Shown here: positions 24,525-34,123 of the stretch, one piece after another
Position numbering within the stretch: the first letter of the stretch is position 1
Layout: each line of letters opens with the position of its first letter
Source of the DNA: Nemertoderma westbladi
Lineage: Eukaryota; Animalia; Xenacoelomorpha
Assembly: GCA_032718475.1 (NCBI GenBank)
Contig: JAUCBJ010002939.1
Location: 1 to 43,906, forward strand
Direction of reading: 5' to 3'
Length of the DNA stretch: 43,906 bases
Notes under the pieces: model-generated
The model's database searches: none
What the model saw: only the letters and a program-made list of their open reading frames with translations
What the model was told of the DNA's origin: nothing
Translations under genes and position numbers: made by a program

Positions 24525-25705
24525 GTAAGAAAGTGGAAAGGGGCGCTCAGCTCGAGACACAGCGAGCTGCGGTCTAGTAGGAAAGGGGTAAGGGGGGCTA
24601 AGCTCGAGACACAACGAGCTGCGGTCTAGTAGGAAAGGGGGTAAGGGGGGCTCAGCTCGAGACACAACGAGCTGCGGTCTGGTAAGAAAGGGGAAACGGG
24701 GGCTCAGCTCGAGACACAGCGAGCTGCCGTCTAGTAGGAAAGGGGTAAGGGGGGCTAAGCTCAAGACACAACGAGCTGCGGTCTAGTAGGAAAGGGGTAA
24801 GGGGGGCTCAGCTCGAGACACAGCGAGCTGCCGTCAAGTAAGAAAGGGGTAAGGGGGGCTCAGCTCGAGACACAACGAGCTGCGGTCTAGTAGGAAAGGA
24901 GTAAGAGGGGCTAAGCTCAAGACACAACGAGCTGCGGTCTAGTAGGAAAGGGGTAAGGGGGGCTCAGCTCGAGACACAGCGAGCTGCCGTCAAGTAAGAA
25001 AGGGGTAAGGGGGGCTCAGCTCGAGACACAGCGAGCTGCGGTCTAGTAGGAAAGGGGTAAGGGGGGCTAAGCTCAAGACACAACGAGCTGCGGTCTAGTA
25101 GGAAAGGGGTAAGGGGGGCTCAACTCGAGACACAGCGAGCTGCCGTCAAGTAAGAAAGGGGTAAGTGGGGCTCAGCTCGAGACACAGCGAGCTGCGGTCT
25201 AGTAGGAAAGGGGTAAGGGGGGCTAAGCTCGAGACACAGCGAGCTGCGGTCTAGTAGGAAAGGGGAAAGGGGGGCTCAGCTCGAGACACAGCGAGCTGCC
25301 GTCAAGTAAGAAATGGGTAAGGGGGGCTCATCTCGAGACACAGCGAGCTGCGGTCTAGTAAGAAAGGGGTAAGGGGGGCTAAGCTCGAGACACAACGAGC
25401 TGCGGTCTGGTAAGAAAGGGGAAACGGGGGCTCAGCTCGAGACACAGCGAGCTGCGGTCTGGTAAGAAAGGGGAAACGGGGGCTCAGCTCGAGACACAAC
25501 GAGCTGCGGTCTGGTAAGAAAGGGGAAACGGGGGCTCAGCTCGAGACACAGCGAGCTGCGGTCTAGTAAGAAAGGGGAAAAGGGGGCGCAGCACGAGACA
25601 CAACGAGCTGCCGTTAGGTGAGAAAGGGGAAAGGGGGGCTCAGCTCGCGACATCGAGCTGCCGTCTAGCGGTCTGGTAAGAAAGGGATTGGGGGGCTCAG
25701 CTCGA
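24493..25705 (+). repeat. 52-bp minisatellite (~23 copies) = last 32 nt of exon 2 + first 20 nt of intron 2
   Basis: Exon copy GCTCATCTAGAGACACAACGTGCTGCCGTCAA|GTAAGAAAGTGGAAAGGGGC; CT(A/C)GAGACAC at 24499, 24551, 24603 and onward. Confidence 0.95.
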
Positions 25706-25832
25706 AATTAGTAGTTAGAGTGTATTATTACTCATAGTCATTAACCACACTCCACGTGAGGGTTCGCGGATGTTTTTTTTTCCATAAAATTATTATAATT
25801 TTTAACGCTGGTTACAATCTTGTCTTACTTAG

Positions 25833-25956
25833 ATATGAGAGAGCGATTAGCCAGCACACCACAGCTAAGGAGATGGTCGCTGTGGCGGAATCGAGATTAC
25901 AGCGCCAACATTTCGATGTGGCATGGCAAGAAAAGTTGAACAATACCACACTCCAA
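25833..25956 (+). CDS. SH3BP5L: SH3BP5-like, coding exon 3
   Basis: Acceptor CTTACTTAG|; YERAISQHTTAKEMVAVAESRLQRQHFDVAWQEKLNNTTLQ (YERA.S.H..AKEMV.VAE...D..WQE.LN motif); donor CAA|GTAAGT; 124 nt, phase 2-0. Confidence 0.92.
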
Positions 25957-27014
25957 GTAAGTGTATACCACACTCCAAGTAAGTGTATACCGCACTACAA
26001 GTAAGTGTATACCACACTCCAAGTAAGGGTGTACCACACTCCAAGTAAATGTTTACCACACTCCAAGTAAGTGTATACCACATTGCAAGTGTTTGCCACA
26101 CTCCAAGTAAATGTATACCACACTCCAAGTAAGTGTATACCACACTCCAAGTAAATGTATTCCACACTCCAAGTAAGTGTTTACCACACTCCAAGTAAGT
26201 GTATACCACACTCCAAGTAAGTGTATACCACACTCCAAGTAAATGTATTCCACACTCCAAGTAAGTGTTTACCACACTCCAAGTAAGTGTATACCACACT
26301 CAAAGTAAGTGTATACCACACTCCAAGTAAGTGTATACCGCACTACAAGTAAGTGTATACCACACTCCAAGTAAGTGTATACCACACTCCAAGTAAATGT
26401 ATTCCACACTCCAAGTAAGTTTATACCACACTCAAAGTAAGTGTATACCACACTCCAATAAATGTATTCCACACTCCAAGTAAGTGTTTACCACACTCCA
26501 AGTAAGTGTATACCACACTCAAAGTAAGTGTATACCACACTCCAATAAATGTATTCCACACTCCAAGTAAGTGTTTACCACACTCCAAGTAAGTGTATAC
26601 CACACTCCAAGTAAGTGTATACCACACTCCAAGTAAGTGTATACCACACTCCAAGTAAGTGTATACCACACTCCAAGTAAATGTATTCCACACTCCAAGT
26701 AAGTGTTTACCACACTCCAAGTAAGTGTATACCACACTCCAAGTAAGTGTATACCACACTCCAAGTAAGTGTATACCACACTCCAAGTAAGTGTATACCA
26801 CACTCCAAGTAAATGTATTCCACACTCCAAGTAAGTGTTTACCACACTCCAAGTAAGTGTATACCACACTCCAAGTAAGTGTATACCACACTCCAAGTAA
26901 ATGTATTCCACACTCCAAGTAAGTGTTTACCACACTCCAAGTAAATGTATACCACACTCCAAGTAAGTGTATACCACACTCCAAGTATAACTTCAGGGAT
27001 AATGACTGTAGAAA

Positions 27015-28072
27015 TGAACTCCGCCTGCTCAGACCTATACAATAACAACTCTATACAGTTTACCGTAGACTACTCCAGAAAATCCATAAACTACCTAGAT
27101 GTTACTATTCAAGCTTCAAACTCAACAAAACTAACAACCAAAATATATAGGAAACCAATGTCTAATAAACTACCCATCGCATACTCAAGCTTCCACCACA
27201 AACCATCCTTGCTAGCCATAGTTCGAGCTGAACTGCTGCGCATTCGCCGACTAACGGATTCAACAAATCATTTCAAACAACAAAGGCATTTATATCTCGA
27301 AAAGTGTAAACTCAGAGGATACCCCTTGAACTTCCTTTTAAGTTTGTATGCGTGGGACCCACCCCAATGTTCAACATTCACTGCCGCCGAACACGATCAG
27401 GACTTTCCGCATTCACCAAGCCATACCAATCAACAAAACAACATAAAACCTCCTACCCAACGTTTCTATCTGTCAACGACACCACAATTTATCCCTACCC
27501 TCAGCAAAGTTGTACGTCGGCATAACAGACGAGTTCAGCACCTTGGTGTAACATTACAAACTGTCCCACGAAATGCACCAACTTTGGGAAAGCTTCTAAT
27601 ACGTAAACAGGAACCACAAACAGCTCCAGGTAACCATCCATGTTTGCAACCCCGCTGCCTCACCTGCTTGGCAATTACGGATATGAAAGAGACACCATGG
27701 GGCGAGCCAATCATCGGGAGGTTTGATTGTAAATCCAGCAACATTCTCTATACCATTAAATGTAAAACTCACCCCTATCAATACTACCTCGGTCAAACTG
27801 AACAACGTCTGCACAAGAGGCTCAATAAACATCGGGAGAACATCAACAGCTACAGGAAAGCTCTGGATAAGGCAATAAAGAACAACAAGCCGATATGTAC
27901 TGTGACAACAACTGACCCGGAGGTGCTATAGCTTCAACATTTCAGTAGCTGTAATAATTACGAAGTAACATGCGTCCAGCAATTTCGTAACCACCAGCGT
28001 CGTATTCATACTGAAGCATTACTCATTAATTGCCACCGCCCACCCCTCAATAAACTGGTACCACTTCTATAG
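27015..28072 (+). pseudogene. Penelope-like RT/GIY-YIG ORF remnant with premature stop
   Basis: TAG at 27929-27931 is followed in frame by LQHFSSCNNYEVTCVQQFRNHQRRIHTEALLINCHRPPLNKLVPLL*, carrying the GIY-YIG R..E....P.LN end. The ORF-track start at 26945 is satellite sequence. Confidence 0.88.
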
Positions 28073-28820
28073 AATGAAACTTCGACCCGATGGCTCGCCC
28101 CCACCTAACATTTGGATGTAACAAACTCACACCACCTCTAATAATTAATTAACTGTGCAGTACGCTCTACCCTTGCTGTAATATACAATGTGTCAGCCAG
28201 CTGTAATGTACGTACTATAGCCGAACATATTAGTATTCAATAGGAAGTACCAAAACAAAAACTTTTTTAAAAATTGTAATATGTAATCTTGTAGGGATTC
28301 CATTTATTTAGTAACAGTAATATGTGTCCTTTTATCCCCCTCAATTTTATGGCTTAGGTATTCTTTCCCTTCTTTTAAATATATTTTTAAATGATTTTTT
28401 ATTTCAGAACCAACATTTTTTTAGAATTTTTTTACCCTTTTACCAGCCTCACTTTTATTTGTGAATTTGTAACTCAACGACTTAATATTGGAACCAACAA
28501 TTTTTAACTATTTTTAATCATTTAATGGTTTTAACGTTACCCACCCTTTTTACACCTCTTCATTTAGCACCCTTTTTATTTTTATTTTTAATTTTTTAAA
28601 TTTAATATTGAACGTCTAATACCTTAACAACACTTGTAGCCTACAATTCTATCTCTAGGCCTACATACAGTATTATGATAAATCTAAATATGTTAATCTA
28701 ATACATCCTATCATACTGTGTATATCGGAATTTGGTGGCATAATAATTGGTTGTACCGTATGTTAAATTTAATATTATGGTTTAGGTTTATAAATTGTGT
28801 TTTAATGTTATTTTAATTTA

Positions 28821-28862
28821 ATTTACTGAAGACGTCCGTGAGGATGAAATGGCCATATAAAT
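28821..28862 (+). ncRNA. Minimal type I hammerhead ribozyme
   Basis: Stem I ATTTA/TAAAT; core CTGAAGA; extra C; stem II GTCC-GTGA-GGAT; GAAA; palindromic stem III ATGGCCAT; predicted cleavage after AUA at 28857. Confidence 0.85.
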
Positions 28863-30971
28863 AGAAACTGTTTTCGTTAACCGTGGCATTAGACCCTTTC
28901 TACAGTCATTATCCCTGAAGTTATAATTATGGATACGCCACGAACGGCATCATTTCGACTTCTTTCCCATTTAAACACTCCAAGTAAGTGTTTCCCACAC
29001 TCAAAGTAAGTGTATACCACAATCCAAGTTAATGTATACCGCACTACAAGTAAGTGTTTACCACACTCCAAGTAAGTGTTTACCAGACTCCAAGTAAGTG
29101 TATACCACACTCCAAGTATGTATACCACAGTACAAGTAAATATATACCACACTACAAGTAAGTGAGTGTTTTGTTTACCACACTCCAAGTAAGTGTATAT
29201 CACACTCCAAATAAGAGTTCACCACACTCCAAGTAAGTGTATATCACACTCTAAGTGTTTACCACACTCCAAGTAAGTGTTTACCACACTCCAAGTAAGT
29301 GTTTACCACACTCCAAGTAAGTATACCACAGTACAAGTAAGTGTTTACCACACTCCAAGTAAGTGTTTACCACACTCCAAGTAAGTATACCACAGTACTA
29401 GTAAGTGTATACCACACTCCAAGTAAGTGTTTACCACACTCCAAGTAAGTGTTTACCACACTCCATGTAAGTATACCACAGTACAAGTAAGTGTATACCA
29501 CACTCCAAGTAAGTGTATACCACACTACAAGTAAAGGTTTACCACACTCCAAGTAAGTGTATACCACACTCCAAGTAAGTGTATACCACACTCCAAATAA
29601 GTGTATACCACACTCCAAGTAAATATATACCACACTACAAGTAAGTGTTTACCACACTCCAAGTAAATGTATACCACACTCCAAGTAAGTGTTTACCAAA
29701 CTCCAAGTAAGTATACCACAGTACAAGTAAGTGTATACCACACTCCAAGTAAGTGTATACCACACTACAAGTAAAGGTTTACCACACTCCAAGTAAGTGT
29801 ATACCACACTCCAAGTAAGTGTATACCACTCTCCAAATAAGTGTATACCACACTCCAAGTAAATATATACCGCACTACAAGTAAGTGTTTACCACACTCC
29901 AAGTAAATGTATACCACACTCCAAGTAAGTGTATACCACACTCCAAGTAAGTGTATACCACACTACAAGTAAAGGTTTACCACACTCCAAGTAAGTGTAT
30001 ACCACACTCCAATTAAGTGTATACCACACTCCAAATAAGTGTATACCACACTCCAAGTAAATATATACCACACTACAAGTAAGTGTTTACCACACTCCAA
30101 GTAAATGTATTCCACACTCCAAGTAAGTGTTTAGCACACCGCAAGTGTATACCACACTCCAAGCAAGTGTATACCACACTCCAAGTAAGTGTATACCACA
30201 CAACAAGTAAGGGTTTACCACACTCCAAGTAAGTGTATACCACACTCCAAGTAAGTGTATACCACACCCCAACTATATGTATACCACACTCCAAGTAAGG
30301 GTTTACCACACTCCAAGTAAATGTATACCACACTGCAAGTGTATACCACACTCCAAATAAATGTATACCACACTCCAAGTAAGTGTTTACCACACTGCAA
30401 GTGTATACTACACTCCAAGTAAGTGTATACCACACTCCAAGTAAATGTATACCACCTTCCAAGTATATGTTTACCACACTGCAAGTGTATACAACACTCC
30501 AAATAAATGTATACCACACTCCAAGTAAGTGTTTACCACACTGCAAGTGTATACCACACTCCAAATAAATGTATACCACACTCCAAGTAAGTGTTTACCA
30601 CACTGCAAGTGTATACTACACTCCAAGTAAGTGTATACCACACTCCAAGTAAGTGTATACCACACCCCAACTAAATGTATACCACACTCCAAGTAAGGGT
30701 TTACCACACTCCAAGTAAATGTATACCACACTGCAAGTGTATACCACACTCCAAATAAATGTATACCACACTCCAAGTAAGTGGTTACCACACTGCAAGT
30801 GTATAGCACGCTCCAAGTAAGTGTATACCACACTACAAGTAAGGGTTTACCACACTCAAAGTAAGTGTATACCACACTCCAAGTAAATGTATACCACGCT
30901 CCAAGTAAGTGTTTACCACACTCCAAGTAAGTGTATACCACACTCCAAGTAAATGTATACCACACTCCAAG

Positions 30972-31250
30972 GTTCCACCTTGGTGTAGTGGTCGCATTGA
31001 ATTCACATCTCCCGTATGTCGTGGGTTCGAACCTCACATAGGCCAGGGCAGTTTTCGTTTCGGCACGAATGCTTTAAAGGGACCAGCCAGGGCGCATCTC
31101 TGCCTTGCATCCTTAAGTGGTAGCTAAATGAGTACTGGAGTTTCCTCTGGGGAGTAAAGTTCTGGGGGGACCTCACTGGAAATAAGTCGTCGGACTTTGT
31201 GCGTAATCCCTGGACTAGCGGCCGAAGAAAATTTACTTTACTTTTACTTT
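30972..31250 (+). mobile_element. tRNA-derived SINE
   Basis: A box TGGTGTAGTGG, B box GGTTCGAACC, central GCCTTGCATCCTT...TAAATGAGTAC..CTGGGG segment resembling conserved SINE core domains (from memory, unverified), (TTTAC)n tail, flanked by ACACTCCAAG on both sides. Confidence 0.9.
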
Positions 31251-34123
31251 ACACTCCAAGTAAGTGTTTACCACACTGCAAGTGTATACCACACTCCAAG
31301 TAAGTATATACCACACTCCAAGTAAATGTATACCACACTCCAAGTAAGTGTATACAACACTCCAAGTAAGTGTATACCACATTGCAAGTGTTTGCCACAC
31401 TCCAAGTAAATGTATACCACACTCCAAGTAAGGGTTTACCACACTGCAAGTGTATACCACACTCCAAGTAAGTCTATACCACGCTGCCAGTGTATATCAC
31501 ACTCCAAGTAAGTGTATACCACACTACAAGTAAGGGTTTTCCACACTTCAAGTAAGTGTATACCACACTCCAAGTAAATGTATACCACACTCCAAGTAAA
31601 TGTATAGCAAGTAAATGTATACCACACTCCAAGTAAGTGTATACAACACTCCAAGTAAGTGTATACCACATTGCAAGTGTTTGCCACACTCCAAGTAAAT
31701 GTATACCACACTCCAAGTAAGGGTTTACCACACTGCAAGTGTATACCACACTCCAAGTAAGTCTATACCACGCTGCCAGTGTATATCACACTCCAAGTAA
31801 GTGTATACCACACTCCAAGTAAATGTATAGCACACTCCAAGTAAGTGTATACCACACTCCAAGTAAATGTATACCACACTCCAAGTAAATGTATAGCACA
31901 CTCCAAGTAAGTGTATACCACACTCCAAGTAAGTGTATACCACACTCCAAGTAAGTGTATACCACACTACAAGTAAGGGTTTACCACACTCCAAGTAATT
32001 GTATACCACACTCCAAGTAAGTGTTTACCACACTCCAAGTAAGTGTTTAACACACTCCAAGTATGTATACCACAGTACAAGTAAATGTATACCACACTCT
32101 AAGTAAGTGTTTACTACACTCCAAGAAAGTGTATACCACAATCCAAGTAAATGCATACCGCACTACAAGTAAGTGTTTACCACACTCCAAGTAAGTGTAT
32201 ACCACACTCCAAGTATGTATACCACAGTACAAGTAAATGTATACCGCACTACAAGTAAGTGTTTTGTTTACCACACTCCAAGTAAGTCTATACCACACTC
32301 CAAGTAAGAGTTGACCACACTCCAAGTAAGTGTATATCACACTCCAAGTAAGTGTTTACCACACTCCAAGTAAGTGTATACCACACTCCAAGTAAGTGTT
32401 TACCACACTCCAAGTAAGTGTATACCACACTCCAAGTAAGTGTTTACTACACTCCAAGAAAATGTATACCACAATCCAAGTAAATGTATACCGCACTACA
32501 AGTAAGTGTTTACCACACTCCAAGTAAGTGTATATCACACCCCAAGTATATATACCACAGTACAAGTAAATGTATACCACACTCCAAGTAAGTGTTTACT
32601 ACACTCCAAGAAAGTGTATACCACAATCCAAGTAAATGTATACCGCACTACAAGTAAGTGTTTACCACACTCCAAGTAAGTGTTTACCACACTCCTTGTA
32701 GGTGTATACCACACTGCAAGTGTATATCACACTGCAAGTAAGTGTATACCACACTCCAAGTATGTATACCACAGTACAAGTGTGGTGTATACCACACTAC
32801 AATTAAGTGTTTACCACACTCCAAGTAAGTGTTTACTACATTCCAAGAAAGTGTATACCACAATCCAAGTAAATGTATACCGCACTACAAGTAAGTGTTT
32901 ACCACACTCCAAGTAAGTGTTTACCACACTCCAAGTAAGTGTATACCACACTCCAAGTATGTATACCACAGTACAAGTAAATGTCTACCACACGACAAGT
33001 AAGTGTTTTGTTTACCACACTCCAAGTAAGTGTATACCACACTCCAAGTAAGAGTTCACCACACTTCAAGTAAGTGTATATCAGACTCTAAGTGTTTACA
33101 ACACTCCAAGTAAGTGTATACCACACTCCAAGTAAGTGTTTACCACACTCCAAGTAAGTGTTTGCCACACTCCAAGTAAGTATAACACACTCCAAGTAAG
33201 TGTATACCACACTACAAGTAAGGGTTTACCACACTCCAAGTAAGTGTATACCACACTCCAAGTAAGTGTATACCCCACTGCAAGTGTATACCACACTCCA
33301 AGTAAGTGTATATTACACTCCAAGTAAGTGTATACCACACTCCAAGTAAATGTATACAACACTCCAAGTAAGTGTGTACAACACTCCAAGTGTTTGCCAC
33401 ACTCCAAGTAAATGTATAACACACTCCAAGTAAGGGTTTACCACACTGCAAGTGTATACCACACTCCAAGTAAGGGTTTACCACACTCCAAGTAAATGTA
33501 TACCACACTGCAAGTGTATACCACACTCCAAGTAAATGTATACCACACTCCAAGTAAGGGTTTACCACACTGCAAGTCTATACCACACTCCATGTAAGGG
33601 TTTACCACACTCCAAGTAAATGTATACCACACTCCAAGTAAGGATTTACCACACTCCAAGTAAATGTATGCCACACTCCAAGTAAGGGTGTACCACACTC
33701 CAAGTAAATGTATACCACTCTTCAAGTGTATACCACACTCCAAGTAAATGTATACCACACTCCAAGTAAGTGTATACCACACTCCAAGTAAGTGTATATC
33801 ACACTCCAAGTATGTGTATACCACACTCCAAGTAAGTGTTTACAACACTCCAAGTAAGTGTATACCACAATCCAAGTAAGTGTATGCCACAATCCAAGGA
33901 AATGTATACCACACTCCAAGTAAGTGTTTACTACACTTCAAATAAATGTTTACCACACTCCAAGTAAGTGTTTACCACACTGGTAAATATATAAACGGGA
34001 AAATCTAAACGCTTTAATGAAGTAGAAACCTAGAGCTCTATTATAGTCCTGAATTTCAATTATTAAATTTATCACCATAATAATTCTGCCACTAAAGTCT
34101 GTTTATGTTTTTCCTGCGCGCAG

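Larger units (their letters stand above)
26986..28974 (+). mobile_element. 5'-truncated Penelope-like retroelement (RT C-terminus + GIY-YIG endonuclease)
   Basis: IQFTVDYS..SINYLDVTI...TKIYRKP (PLE RT end); HPCLQPRCLTC; NILYTIKC...YYLGQTEQRLHKRLNKH (GIY-YIG). 29-bp inverted repeat 26986-27014 / 28897-28925; hammerhead motif near the 3' end. Confidence 0.93.
25943..33985 (+). repeat. 22-bp minisatellite (ATACCACACTCCAA|GTAAGTGT), roughly 250-270 copies, = last 14 nt of exon 3 + first 8 nt of intron 3
   Basis: Direct reading; 18- and 20-bp variants; interrupted by a Penelope-like element and a SINE. Copy number estimated from ~5.8 kb of array. Confidence 0.97.

Noticed and set aside
30972-31045. 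tRNA gene
   Set aside because: A and B boxes are present but there is no convincing cloverleaf, and it continues into a SINE body and tail.
25865-33919. Dozens of ORFs of the LECGIHLLGVWYTLTWSVV type
   Set aside because: Translations of the 22-bp satellite cycling through frames; intronic and mostly antisense.
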